Assembly: GCA_963771275.1 (NCBI GenBank)
Contig: CAVYSW010000003.1
Coordinates: forward strand, 1,120,001 to 1,184,000
From: an uncultured Gemmatimonadales bacterium
Lineage (GTDB): Bacteria > Gemmatimonadota > Gemmatimonadetes > Gemmatimonadales > GWC2-71-9
Reading direction: 5' to 3'
DNA length: 64,000 nt
Shown here: piece after piece, positions 20,092-30,248 of the stretch
Numbering within the stretch: the first letter of the stretch is position 1
Layout: each line of letters begins with the position of its first letter
Notes under the pieces: generated by a model
What the model saw: only the letters and a program-made list of their open reading frames with translations
Told to the model about the DNA's origin: nothing
Database searches by the model: none
Translations under genes and position numbers: made by a program

Positions 20092-20949
20092 GTGCTGACC
20101 ACCTCGACCGTCCTCGTCTCCGGCGCGATCCTGGGCGGTGTCGGCACGTTCTTCGCCACCGTGATCGCGCTCGCCCGGAAGAAGCTCTACGTCTGGGAAG
20201 ACCCGCGCATCGACGTTCTGGCCGGGATGCTGCCGGGCGTGAACTGCGGAGCGTGCGGCCAGGCGGGGTGCCGCGCCTTTGCCGAGAGCCTCGTCCACGG
20301 GAAGATCCAGCCCGCGAATTGCACGGTCGCGACCGCCGACGCGCGTGCGGACATCGCCGGCTACCTCGGCGTCGATGTGGGCCAGGCGAGCACGCGCGTC
20401 GCGCGCTTGCTGTGCGCCGGCGGCTGCGACGTCGCGCCGTATCACGCGGACTACATCGGCTTGGAAACCTGCCGGGCGGCCGCGGCGGTGGCCGGTGGCG
20501 GCAAGAAATGCGCGTGGGGGTGCATCGGCCTCGCGGACTGCAAGGTCGCCTGCACGTTCGATGCGATCTACATGAACGACGAAGACCTGCCGGTGGTGAT
20601 CCCCGAGAAGTGCACCGCCTGCGGCGACTGCGTCGAGGCCTGCCCCAAAGACCTGTTCACGCTGATGCCGCTCGACCACAAGCTCATCGTGCAGTGCAAG
20701 AACCTGCTCGAGGGCGAGGAAGCCGATGCGGCATGCGCGGTGGCCTGCAACGGCTGTGGCCGGTGCGCGGCCGACGCGGCGCCAGGCCTTATCGAGATGA
20801 AGAACGGCCTCGCAGTCATCGACTACACCAAGTACGAACTGGCCTCGCCGGACGCCATCAAACGCTGTCCGACGGGCGCCATTGTCTGGGTCGAGGGCGC
20901 GCAGCAGTTCAAGGCGCGTCGTCCCCAGCTAGAGGGAGCGGCGGCATGA
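20092..20949 (+). CDS. rnfB: Rnf complex subunit B (membrane-anchored polyferredoxin)
   Basis: N-terminal TM, EDPRID..LPGVNCGACGQAGC, CIGLADCKVAC, CTACGDCVEACP. Confidence 0.9.
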   Translation: MLTTSTVLVSGAILGGVGTFFATVIALARKKLYVWEDPRIDVLAGMLPGVNCGACGQAGCRAFAESLVHGKIQPANCTVATADARADIAGYLGVDVGQASTRVARLLCAGGCDVAPYHADYIGLETCRAAAAVAGGGKKCAWGCIGLADCKVACTFDAIYMNDEDLPVVIPEKCTACGDCVEACPKDLFTLMPLDHKLIVQCKNLLEGEEADAACAVACNGCGRCAADAAPGLIEMKNGLAVIDYTKYELASPDAIKRCPTGAIVWVEGAQQFKARRPQLEGAAA

Positions 20950-23900
20950 TCCGGATTCGGAACAAGGGCGGGAACGGGAACGGCGACGACGCGAACGGGG
21001 CGAAGCCCAAGTACCCGGGTACGCGCACCGCCACCGACGGCAGCGGCGCGGTGGTCGAGATGGAGACCGCGGGGAGCGAGGGGGCGGGCGCTTACCCCAT
21101 CACGCCGTCCACGCAAATGGGCGAGGGCTGGGCCGCCGCGGTGGCGGCCGGCAAGCTCAACGTGAACGGGCGCTCGCTGATCTTCTTCGAGCCCGAGGGC
21201 GAGCACGCCGCCGCGGCGGTCACCGCCGGCATGAGCATGACGGGTCTCCGGGCCACGAACTTCTCCAGTGGCCAGGGCATCGCCTACATGCACGAGTCGC
21301 TGTACGCGGCCGTCGGCAAGCGGCTCACGTACGTGCTCAACGTCGCGGCGCGGGCGATGACCAAGCACGCGCTCAATGTGCACGCGGGACATGACGATTA
21401 CCACGCGGTGGATGACACCGGCTTCTTCCAGCTGTTCGCCAAGAACGTGCAGGAGGGCGCGGACCTCAACCTGATCGCGCACCGCATCGCCGAGTTGTCA
21501 CTCAACCCGGGCCTCGTGGCGCAGGACGGCTTCCTCACGAGCCACGTGATCGAGACGATGCTCATGCCCGAGCGCGCGCTCGTGAAGGAGTACCTCGGGG
21601 ATCCGGCGGACATCATCGAGTCGCCCACCCCGGCGCAGCGCTGGGTGTTCGGCAAGGAGCGGCGCCGCATCCCGGAGATGTTCAATCTGGACTACCCCGC
21701 CATGCTGGGAGTCGTCCAGAACCAGGACAGCTACGCGCAGGGTGTGGCGGCGCAGCGGCCGTTCTACTTCGACCACGTGCAGGCGCTGGCCGACCGCGCC
21801 ATGGCCGAGTACACCGCGCTGACGGGACGCGCCTACGCACGGGCGACGGGCTACCGGCTGGACGATGCCGAATACGTCTTGATCGGGCAGGGCTCTGTCG
21901 TGCCGAACTGCGAGGCGGTGTGCGACTACCTGCGCGACGCGCGCCGGCTCAAGATCGGCGTGCTCAACGTGACGATGTTCCGCCCGTTTCCCGCCGATCT
22001 CCTGACCCGCATGCTGCGCGGCAAGAAGGCTGTCACGGTCCTCGAGCGCACCGACCAGCCGCTGGCGGTGGACCTCCCGATGCTGCGCGAGATCCGGGCG
22101 GCCATGTACAAGGCCCTCGAGAACGGGCGCGCCGCCGGTGAGGTCCCGTATCCGGGCCTCACCGCCTGTCAGGCCGCCGAGATGCCGGACTTCTACTCCG
22201 GGTGCTTCGGGCTGGGCAGTCGCGACCTGCAGCCGGCTGACTTGATCGCGGCCGTGGACAACATGCTCGAGGGGGGCAAGCAGCGCCGCCAGTTCTACCT
22301 CGGGATCGATTTCATCCGGAAGGACACGCGCTTCCCGAAGTTGCAGATCTGGCAGGACGAGCTGCTCGAGCACTACCCGCACGTCGCCGACCTGTCGCTC
22401 CACCCGGGCGAGCCGGTAAACCTGCTGCCCAAGGGCGCAACGTCGATCCGGATCCACTCGGTCGGCGGGTGGGGCGCCATTACCACTGGCAAGAACCTCG
22501 CGCAGACCGCGGCGGACCTGCTCGGCCTCTACATCCAGGCCAATCCGAAGTACGGGTCCGAGAAGAAAGGGCAGCCCACCACCTTCTACGCGACGCTCGC
22601 CCACGAGCCGATCAAGCTCAACGCCGAGCTGAAACACGTCACGGTCGTGCTCTCGCCCGACCCGAACGTCTTCATGCACTCGAATCCGCTCGACGGGCTC
22701 GAGGAGGGTGGCGTCTTCATCATGCAGGGCGATCGCCCGCTGGCGGAGATCTGGCACGGGCTGCCGGCGACGGCGCGTCGCGCCATCGTGGAGCAGCGCT
22801 ACGAGGTCTACTTCCTCGACGGGTTCAAGATCGCGAGCTCAGAGGCCAGCGACCCGGAGCTGCGCTACCGCATGCAGGGTGCCGCCTTCATGGGCGCCTT
22901 CTTCCGCGCGGCGCCGCTCTGCAAACAAGAAGGGCTCGACGAGCAGCGCCTGTTCGAGGGCATCAAGAAGCAGCTCGTCAAGAAGTTCGGCCATCTTGGC
23001 GAAAAAGTGGTCGACGACAATGTGCGCGTCATTCGCCGCGGCTACGACGAAGTCGTGCGCCTCGATCCCGCGGCGCTCGCAGCCGAGCACGAGGAGGTTG
23101 TTGGTGCCGTGCCGCAGATGCCCGCGCTGCTGGGCGGGACCAATGTGCAGCCGGGTATCGGGCACGGTGGGCGCTTCTGGGAGCAGGTGTGCGTCCTCTG
23201 CAAGATGGGGGAGGACGGCATCGCCGATCCGTTCGCGGCGCTGTCCGCGATTCCGGCGGCGTCGAGCACGATCCGCGACATGACGAACGTGCGGTTCGAA
23301 GTGCCCGAGTTCATCCCGGACAAGTGCACCGGCTGCAGCCAGTGCTGGGTGCAGTGCCCCGATGCGGCGATCCCGGGGGTCGTGAGCGACATTCCCGAGG
23401 TGCTCGAGGCCGCCGTCCGCATGGTCGAGGCCGACCATGGGCGGCTCGACCGCGTCCGTCAGATCCTCAAGCCCCTCGCCGCCGAATCACGGCGCCTGCT
23501 GAAGGGCGTGCCGTTCACGACGTTCGCGGACACGCTGTCCACGGCGTTCCAGAACGTGGTGGAGAAGCTCAACCTCGATCCCGAGCGCACGGCGGCGCTC
23601 GACCACGAGTACGCCCCGGTCTACGCCGCGCTGGTGGATTTCCCGCTCGCCAAGACGGCACCGTTCTTCGACGTCGTCGAGAACAAGCAGAAGGGCACCG
23701 GCGGGCTGCTCTCGATCACGATCAACCCCGACGCCTGCAAGGGCTGCAACATCTGCGTCCGGGCCTGTCCGGACGGCGCGCTCACGACGGTCCGCCAGAC
23801 CGAGGAGGTCGTCGCCACGCTGCGCCGCAACTGGCGCCTCTGGCAATACCTGCCAGAGACCGACGACCGCTACGTGAATGTGGCGAACATCGACGAGGGG

Positions 23901-26003
23901 ATCGGCGTGCTGTCCTCCCTGCTGCTCAAGCAGGGCAACTACCGCTCGATGGTGGGCGGCGACGGCGCGTGCATGGGTTGCGGCGAGAAGACGGTGCTGC
24001 ACCTGGTCGTGTCGGGCATCAACGCACTGATGCTCCCGCGGGTGCGCCGCCATGTCCAGCGGATCGATGAGTTGGTGACGCAACTCGACCAGAAGGCGCG
24101 CAAGCTGCTTGCCGCGGACGCTCCGCTCACGGAGGTCGGCAAGGCCGAGGGGACCAAGGTGGAAGTGCCGATCACTGCTGCCGACAAGGCGCACGTCGAT
24201 CGTATCGCGCGCATGATCGAGGAGCTCAAGGACCTCAAATGGCGCTACACGGAGGGGCCGGGTGGCAAGGGGCGTGCGACCACCGGCATCGCGAATGCCA
24301 CGGGCTGCTCCTCCGTGTGGGGGAGCACGTATCCGTACAACCCATATCCGTATCCGTGGGTGAACCACCTGTTCCAGGACGCGCCCTCGATCGCCATCGG
24401 GCTGTTCGAGGGGAACATGCGGAAGATGGCCGACGGGTTCGCGGCGGTGCGGCGGGGCCAGCTCGAGCTCGCGGACGAGTACGACCCCAAGACCCACGAG
24501 GGGTTCTTCGGCCGGTTCGACTGGCACCAGTTCACCGACGAGGAGATCGCGATGTGCCCGCCGATTCTCGCGATCGGCGGCGACGGGGCGATGCTCGACA
24601 TCGGCTTCCAGAACCTGTCGCGGCTGCTGGCGTCCGGGAAGCCGATTCGCGTGGTCGTGCTCGATACCCAGGTCTACTCCAACACGGGCGGCCAGGCGTG
24701 CACCAGCGGGTTCACGGGCCAGGTGAGCGACATGGCCGCCTGGGGCAAGGCGCAGCACGGCAAGACCGAGACCCGCAAGGAGCTTTCGCTCCTCTCGATC
24801 GCCCACCGCAACGTGTTCGTGCTCCAGTCGTCGCAGGCCGCCTCGTCGCACCTGCTGGCCGGCGTCCTGCGTGGGCTGCAGTCACGTTACCCGGCGGTCT
24901 TCGCGCTCAACTGCCCGTGCCCGCCGGAGCATGGTCTGGGCGACGACGCCGCGACTGACGCGGCGCGGCTCGCGCTCGAGAGCCGCGCGTACCCGATCCT
25001 CACGTACGACCCGGCCGCCGGCGAATCGCTGGCCGAACGGCTGAACCTCGACGGCAATCCGATGGTGGATGAGGTCTGGCCGACCTACGACCTCAAGTAC
25101 ATCGACGAGAGCGGCCAGGAGCAGGTGATGAGCCTTCCGGTCACGATCGCCGACTGGGCGGCCACCGAGGCGCGCTTCAAGAAGCACTTCACGCCGCTGT
25201 CCAGGGACGCGGCCGAAGACGACCTGCTGCGGTTCGACCGCTATCTCGCCGCGTCTCCCGAAGAGCGCGAGGGCAAGACGCCGTTCATCTACGTGCTCGA
25301 GGACGCGCGCCGTCTCGGCAAGCTCTCGGTCTCGCACGAGATCGTCGAGTTGGCGCGGGATCGTCTGGCGCTGTGGGCGCAGCTCAAGGAGATGGCCGGA
25401 CTTGAGATCTCGCCGTCGGTGCGCGCGTCGCTGGACAGCGACCTGGCGGCCAAGCTCGAGGAGCGGGCCGGCGCGCTCAAGATGGAGCACGACAGGACGC
25501 TCGCCGACCTCAAGGCGCGCTACCCGGCGCTCGTCGCCCGGCGGCTCGTCGAAGGATTGATTCGCGCCACCGGGGACGGCAAGGAGAGCATCGGCGACCT
25601 GCTGCGCCGCGTGCAGGAGATGCCGACCCTCGAGCCGCTCAAGGTGGAGGGCGACGGCGACGGGAACGGCCACGGCGCGGCCGTGACCGCCACTCCCGCC
25701 GCTCCCGCCGCCGCTGCCGCTCCGGTGGCGGTGGAGGAGGCGGAGGAAGGCCTGGCGCTGGAGCCCTACATCCAGACCGAGTTGTGCACCGCGTGCAACG
25801 AGTGCACGAACCTCAACAAGAAGATGTTCGCCTACAACGAGAAGAAGCAGGCGTACATCAAGGATCCGCGCGCTGGCACGTTCCGTGAGCTGGTGATGGC
25901 AGCCGAGAAATGTCCGGTATCCATCATTCACCCGGCCACGCCGTTGAATCCGAAGGAGAAGGACCTCGACAAGTGGGTGAAACGCGCCGCGCGGTTCAAC
26001 TGA
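20946..26003 (+). CDS. NifJ-type pyruvate:ferredoxin oxidoreductase, 1685 aa, with insertions and an extra C-terminal ferredoxin domain
   Basis: YPITPST, AARAMTKHAL, YGSEKKG, CTGCSQCWVQCP, CKGCNICVRACP, GACMGCGE, NATGCSSVWG, GGDGAMLDIG, DTQVYSNTGGQ; ATGA overlap with rnfB. Confidence 0.9.
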   Translation: MIRIRNKGGNGNGDDANGAKPKYPGTRTATDGSGAVVEMETAGSEGAGAYPITPSTQMGEGWAAAVAAGKLNVNGRSLIFFEPEGEHAAAAVTAGMSMTGLRATNFSSGQGIAYMHESLYAAVGKRLTYVLNVAARAMTKHALNVHAGHDDYHAVDDTGFFQLFAKNVQEGADLNLIAHRIAELSLNPGLVAQDGFLTSHVIETMLMPERALVKEYLGDPADIIESPTPAQRWVFGKERRRIPEMFNLDYPAMLGVVQNQDSYAQGVAAQRPFYFDHVQALADRAMAEYTALTGRAYARATGYRLDDAEYVLIGQGSVVPNCEAVCDYLRDARRLKIGVLNVTMFRPFPADLLTRMLRGKKAVTVLERTDQPLAVDLPMLREIRAAMYKALENGRAAGEVPYPGLTACQAAEMPDFYSGCFGLGSRDLQPADLIAAVDNMLEGGKQRRQFYLGIDFIRKDTRFPKLQIWQDELLEHYPHVADLSLHPGEPVNLLPKGATSIRIHSVGGWGAITTGKNLAQTAADLLGLYIQANPKYGSEKKGQPTTFYATLAHEPIKLNAELKHVTVVLSPDPNVFMHSNPLDGLEEGGVFIMQGDRPLAEIWHGLPATARRAIVEQRYEVYFLDGFKIASSEASDPELRYRMQGAAFMGAFFRAAPLCKQEGLDEQRLFEGIKKQLVKKFGHLGEKVVDDNVRVIRRGYDEVVRLDPAALAAEHEEVVGAVPQMPALLGGTNVQPGIGHGGRFWEQVCVLCKMGEDGIADPFAALSAIPAASSTIRDMTNVRFEVPEFIPDKCTGCSQCWVQCPDAAIPGVVSDIPEVLEAAVRMVEADHGRLDRVRQILKPLAAESRRLLKGVPFTTFADTLSTAFQNVVEKLNLDPERTAALDHEYAPVYAALVDFPLAKTAPFFDVVENKQKGTGGLLSITINPDACKGCNICVRACPDGALTTVRQTEEVVATLRRNWRLWQYLPETDDRYVNVANIDEGIGVLSSLLLKQGNYRSMVGGDGACMGCGEKTVLHLVVSGINALMLPRVRRHVQRIDELVTQLDQKARKLLAADAPLTEVGKAEGTKVEVPITAADKAHVDRIARMIEELKDLKWRYTEGPGGKGRATTGIANATGCSSVWGSTYPYNPYPYPWVNHLFQDAPSIAIGLFEGNMRKMADGFAAVRRGQLELADEYDPKTHEGFFGRFDWHQFTDEEIAMCPPILAIGGDGAMLDIGFQNLSRLLASGKPIRVVVLDTQVYSNTGGQACTSGFTGQVSDMAAWGKAQHGKTETRKELSLLSIAHRNVFVLQSSQAASSHLLAGVLRGLQSRYPAVFALNCPCPPEHGLGDDAATDAARLALESRAYPILTYDPAAGESLAERLNLDGNPMVDEVWPTYDLKYIDESGQEQVMSLPVTIADWAATEARFKKHFTPLSRDAAEDDLLRFDRYLAASPEEREGKTPFIYVLEDARRLGKLSVSHEIVELARDRLALWAQLKEMAGLEISPSVRASLDSDLAAKLEERAGALKMEHDRTLADLKARYPALVARRLVEGLIRATGDGKESIGDLLRRVQEMPTLEPLKVEGDGDGNGHGAAVTATPAAPAAAAAPVAVEEAEEGLALEPYIQTELCTACNECTNLNKKMFAYNEKKQAYIKDPRAGTFRELVMAAEKCPVSIIHPATPLNPKEKDLDKWVKRAARFN

Positions 26004-26010
26004 GGGCCGG

Positions 26011-27336
26011 ATGCTGAGCCAGATGACGTTCCGCCACGGCGTGCATCCGCCCGAGCTGAAACAGCTCACGGCGCACGTCAAGATCCGGCGGCTGCCGTTT
26101 CCGCAGGAAGTCGTGCTGCCCCTGCTGCAGCACACGGGCAAGCCGGCCAAGCCTCTGGTGAAAGCAGGCGCCCGGGTCGAGCGCGGTGATCTCATTGCCG
26201 AGGCGGACGGCTGGGTCTCCTCGCCGGTCCACGCCTCGGCCAGCGGCACGGTCGCCGAGATCGGGTTGATGCCCCACCCGGACGGGACGTTCAAGCCGGC
26301 AATCCGCATCGCGGTCGAGCCGTTCTCCGCGCAGATCCCGCGCCCGCGCCTCGTGCCGGATTGGGAGGGGCTGTCACCCAAGGAGCTGATCGAGGCAATC
26401 CGGCATGCCGGGGTGGTGGGGCTCGGCGGCGCGGCGTTTCCGACGCACGTGAAGCTCTCGCCCCCGCCCGACAAGAAGATCGACCGGATCATCATCAACG
26501 GCTGCGAGTGCGAGCCGTACCTGACGACTGACCACCGGTCGATGGCCGAGTATCCGGAGCGCGTGCACCTGGGCATCCGGATCATGATGAAATGTCTCGG
26601 GGTGAATCGGGCGGTGATCGGCATCGAGAAGAACAAGCCCGACGCGATCGAGGCCCTCAGCCGGACCATGCCGTCAGACCTCGACGTCCGGATTCTGCCG
26701 CTCACGGTGAAGTACCCGCAGGGCGCGGAGAAAATGCTGATCGACGCCGTGACCGGTCACGAGGTTCCGTCGGGCAAGCTCCCGATGGACGTGGGCGTAC
26801 TGGTGCAGAACGCGGCGTCCGCCGCGACGATCGCGGAAGTGTTCGAGACCGGTCAGCCGCTCGTCGAGCGCATCGTCACGGTGACGGGACTCGGCGTGCA
26901 CCGGCCGTCGAACCTCATCGTTCCCGTGGGCACGAAGCTCGGCGACCTGATCGACGCGTGCGGCGGGCTGACCGAGGACGCCCGCGAGATCGTGTTTGGC
27001 GGGCCGATGATGGGGGCCGCCCAGGCGAACCTCGCGACGCCGCTCACCAAAGGCACGACCGGGGTGATCGTCCTGGCCGAGGGAGAGGTGAAGCAGCAGG
27101 AATCCTACCCCTGCATTCACTGTGGGCATTGCCTCGAGGCGTGCCCGGTGTTTCTCAATCCACAGCTGCTCGGCCGGCTCGCGGCGGCGGGACGCTACGA
27201 CGAGATGCAGGCGAATCATCTGGCCGACTGCATGCTGTGCGGCTGCTGCTCGTACGCTTGTCCCTCCAATATCCCGCTGTCGCAGCAGTTCGTGGCCGCC
27301 CGGGTTGCGCTGCGCCAGCGGAAGACGGCGGCATGA
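26011..27336 (+). CDS. rnfC: Rnf complex subunit C
   Basis: HGVHPPELK, GVVGLGGAAFPTHVK, NGCECEPYLT, KYPQGAEK, GGPMMG, two CxxCxxCxxxCP motifs. Confidence 0.95.
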   Translation: MLSQMTFRHGVHPPELKQLTAHVKIRRLPFPQEVVLPLLQHTGKPAKPLVKAGARVERGDLIAEADGWVSSPVHASASGTVAEIGLMPHPDGTFKPAIRIAVEPFSAQIPRPRLVPDWEGLSPKELIEAIRHAGVVGLGGAAFPTHVKLSPPPDKKIDRIIINGCECEPYLTTDHRSMAEYPERVHLGIRIMMKCLGVNRAVIGIEKNKPDAIEALSRTMPSDLDVRILPLTVKYPQGAEKMLIDAVTGHEVPSGKLPMDVGVLVQNAASAATIAEVFETGQPLVERIVTVTGLGVHRPSNLIVPVGTKLGDLIDACGGLTEDAREIVFGGPMMGAAQANLATPLTKGTTGVIVLAEGEVKQQESYPCIHCGHCLEACPVFLNPQLLGRLAAAGRYDEMQANHLADCMLCGCCSYACPSNIPLSQQFVAARVALRQRKTAA

Positions 27337-28340
27337 GTCACTCCAGCTACCTGATCACGGCGTCTCCCCATCTCCGAAGCCCCGATTCCACGCCCAAAAT
27401 CATGTGGAGTGTGGTGGGGAGCCTCGTGCCGGTGATCGCCACGGCGACGTACCTGTTCGGGCCGAGCGCGGTGCTGGTGATCGCTGGCAGCACGGCCGGC
27501 GCCATGCTCACCGAGCGGCTGTTCGGCAAGCCCGGCGCCTGGCGCGACGGCTCGGCCATGATCACCGGACTGCTGCTCGGGCTGTGTCTGCCGGCGGGGA
27601 TGCCCCTGTGGATGCCCTTCCTGGGGGGCGTGTTCGGCATCGGCTTCGGCAAGCTGATCTTCGGCGGGCTGGGCCAGAACATCTTCAATCCCGCCCTGCT
27701 CGGACGCGCGTTTCTGCAGGCGGCGTTCCCTGTCGCGATCACGACCTGGCCGGCTATCGAGGGCGTCAAGTGGTGGTCGCTCCGCGGGGCGAATTTCGCG
27801 CTGCCGCTCATGAGTGGCGCGCAGGTCGATGCCGTCACCACGGCGACCCCGCTTGGCCTCATGAAATTCGAGCACACGGCGACCGCCGTGGGAGACCTCG
27901 CGTTCGGCAATGTGCCAGGCTCGCTCGGCGAGACCTCGGCGATCGTGATCCTGCTGTGCGGTGCCTACCTGGCGCTCCGCAACTACCTCAACTGGCGGAT
28001 CCCGGTGAGCATCCTGCTCACCGGGGCCGCGCTCAGCGGTGTGCTGCATCTGGTGAATGCGCAGTACCCAACCGCCGGGTTCATGCTGTTCTCCGGTGGG
28101 CTGATGCTGGGCGCCGTGTTCATGGCGACTGACATGGTGACCTCGCCCGTCACGAGTCTCGGCGCCTGGGTGTTCGGCGTCGGGGTCGGCCTGCTGGTGG
28201 TGGTGATCCGGATCTGGGGCGGGCTGCCCGAAGGTGTGATGTACGCCATTCTCATCATGAACGCGACCGTCCCCTCGATCAATCGGTTGACCCAGCCACG
28301 CGTCTTCGGTACGAGCCGGGCAAAGGCGGCCAGCCCATGA
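27333..28340 (+). CDS. rnfD: Rnf complex subunit D
   Basis: SPHLR, FGGLGQNIFNPALLGR, DAVTTATPL (FMN-Thr), GSLGETS, FMATDMVTSP. Confidence 0.93.
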   Translation: MSHSSYLITASPHLRSPDSTPKIMWSVVGSLVPVIATATYLFGPSAVLVIAGSTAGAMLTERLFGKPGAWRDGSAMITGLLLGLCLPAGMPLWMPFLGGVFGIGFGKLIFGGLGQNIFNPALLGRAFLQAAFPVAITTWPAIEGVKWWSLRGANFALPLMSGAQVDAVTTATPLGLMKFEHTATAVGDLAFGNVPGSLGETSAIVILLCGAYLALRNYLNWRIPVSILLTGAALSGVLHLVNAQYPTAGFMLFSGGLMLGAVFMATDMVTSPVTSLGAWVFGVGVGLLVVVIRIWGGLPEGVMYAILIMNATVPSINRLTQPRVFGTSRAKAASP

Positions 28341-29008
28341 CCGGCGGGCACGCGCACGCGGCGCCGCCGGCCGCGAGTCCCGCATCGGGCTCCACGGCCC
28401 GCAAGCTGATTCAGACCCTGGGCGGCCTGGGGCTCCTCGCCGGCCTCATCATCGTCGTCGCCTACGCCGTCACCCTGCCCCGCATCCAGGCGAACAAGGC
28501 CCGGGTGCTCGCGGCAGCCATCGACGAGGTGCTGGGCGCCCCAGCCCGCTACGACACGCTCTATGTGGTGCGGGACACGCTCAGCGCCACGCTGCCCGCC
28601 GGCGCGGATCCGGCGACCGCGGAGACGGTCTACCTCGGGTATCGCGCGGACAGCTCCGCGATCGGGTTCGCCGTGGTCGGCGAGGACCCCGGCTTCTCGG
28701 ACGTCGTGCGGCTGATCTTCGGCTACGACCCCCGCACGTCCAAGCTGCTGGGCATGAAGGTGTTGGAGGAGAAGGAGACGCCGGGCCTCGGCGACCGGAT
28801 CGAGAAGGACACCAGCTTCACCGGCGGATTCACCGACGCGGTGGCCCCCATCAAGGGCGTGAAGAAGGGGCAGGGCAAGCAGCCCAACGATGTCGACATG
28901 GTAACCGGGGCGACGATCTCGTCGCGCACGGTGATTCGCGCGATCAACAAGACTCTGGATCGGCTGAGGCCCGCCCTCGCCGCCCGCCTGCAGGAGGCCG
29001 CCCCGTGA
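28337..29008 (+). CDS. rnfG: Rnf complex subunit G (FMN-binding)
   Basis: N-terminal TM, ETPGLG, VDMVTGATISS flavinylation motif. Confidence 0.92.
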   Translation: MTGGHAHAAPPAASPASGSTARKLIQTLGGLGLLAGLIIVVAYAVTLPRIQANKARVLAAAIDEVLGAPARYDTLYVVRDTLSATLPAGADPATAETVYLGYRADSSAIGFAVVGEDPGFSDVVRLIFGYDPRTSKLLGMKVLEEKETPGLGDRIEKDTSFTGGFTDAVAPIKGVKKGQGKQPNDVDMVTGATISSRTVIRAINKTLDRLRPALAARLQEAAP

Positions 29009-29667
29009 GCCCGGCCAAGCCAACGACCGCAACGCAGGATTTCATGCGCTGCGTGTGGAAGGAGAACCCGACCCTGGTGCAGTTGCTGGGGATGTGTCCC
29101 ACGCTCGCGGTCACCAACTCCGTCGCCAACTGCCTGGGCATGGGCACCGCCACGATGTTCGTGCTCGTGGGCTCGAGCTTCCTCGTGTCGGTTGTGCGCA
29201 AGGTGGTGCCCAACGAGGTGCGCATCTCCGCCTACATGCTGATCATCGCGACCTTCGTGACCGTGGCGGACATGGCGCTCGCCGCGGTGGCGCCCGGGGT
29301 CCACAAGGCGCTCGGCGCCTTCGTCGCGCTGATCGTGGTGAACTGCATCATCCTGGGCCGCGCGGAGGCCTTTGCCTCCAAGAACCCGGTGGGGCGGTCC
29401 GTGCTCGACGCCATCGGCAACGGCATCGGATTCACCTGGATGATGCTGGTGATGGGCTCGGTCCGCGAGGTGCTGGGCAACGGGACGTGGCTGGGCATGC
29501 GGGTGTTCGGCCCCCACTTCGAGCCCTGGATCATCATGATCCTGCCGCCGGGCGGGTTTCTGACGCTCGGGACGATCCTCCTCATCGTCGGCGCCGCGAA
29601 GTACCACCAGGCCGAGCGGGCCAAGGCACGCGAGCTGTCGCTGGCGATCGCGCGCGAGGCGGCCTGA
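29005..29667 (+). CDS. rnfE: Rnf complex subunit E
   Basis: ENPTLVQLLGMCPTLAVT, LIVVNCIILGRAEAFA, LPPGGF. Confidence 0.93.
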   Translation: MSPAKPTTATQDFMRCVWKENPTLVQLLGMCPTLAVTNSVANCLGMGTATMFVLVGSSFLVSVVRKVVPNEVRISAYMLIIATFVTVADMALAAVAPGVHKALGAFVALIVVNCIILGRAEAFASKNPVGRSVLDAIGNGIGFTWMMLVMGSVREVLGNGTWLGMRVFGPHFEPWIIMILPPGGFLTLGTILLIVGAAKYHQAERAKARELSLAIAREAA

Positions 29668-30248
29668 TGGGAAACCTCCTCTGGATTCTCGTCTCGACCG
29701 CGCTGGTCAACAACTTCACCCTGATGATGTTCCTGGGGCTGTGCCCGTTCCTCGGCGTCTCGAACAAGATCGACAGCGGGTTCCGCATGGGCCTCGCCAA
29801 CACGTTCGTGCTGGTGATGACGTCCATCGCCGTGTGGGTGCTCAACACCTACATCCTCAGGGCGGCGCCCTATCTCCAGCTCATTTCGTTCATCGTCGTG
29901 ATCGCCTCGCTCGTGCAGATCGTCGAGATGGTGATCAAGAAGCTGAGCCCGGCCCTGTTCCGGGCGCTGGGGATCTACCTGCCGCTCATCACGACCAATT
30001 GCGCGATCCTGGGGCTCGCGATCTTCCAGACCAATCGCGGGTACTCGCTGGTGGAGGGCATCTTCTTCGCCATCGGCGGCGGTCTCGGACTCATGCTCGC
30101 GCTCGTGCTCATGGCCTCGATTCGGGAATCGCTCGAGCTGGCGGACGTCCCGAAGGCCGCCCGCACCATGGGCCTCATCATGATCCTCGCCGGCTCGCTC
30201 TCCCTCGCGTTCATGGGCTTCGCGGGGCTGTTCAGCGCCACGTCATGA
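29667..30248 (+). CDS. rnfA: Rnf complex subunit A
   Basis: VNNFTLMMFLGLCPFLGVS, LGIYLPLITTNCAILG, SLAFMGFAG; TGATG overlap. Confidence 0.93.
   Translation: MGNLLWILVSTALVNNFTLMMFLGLCPFLGVSNKIDSGFRMGLANTFVLVMTSIAVWVLNTYILRAAPYLQLISFIVVIASLVQIVEMVIKKLSPALFRALGIYLPLITTNCAILGLAIFQTNRGYSLVEGIFFAIGGGLGLMLALVLMASIRESLELADVPKAARTMGLIMILAGSLSLAFMGFAGLFSATS

Noticed and set aside
20253..20945. RnfB-PFOR fusion or 1916-aa PFOR
   Set aside because: The upstream part is an alternate frame over rnfB; rnfB has its own stop overlapping the PFOR ATG, preceded by a GAGGGAG RBS
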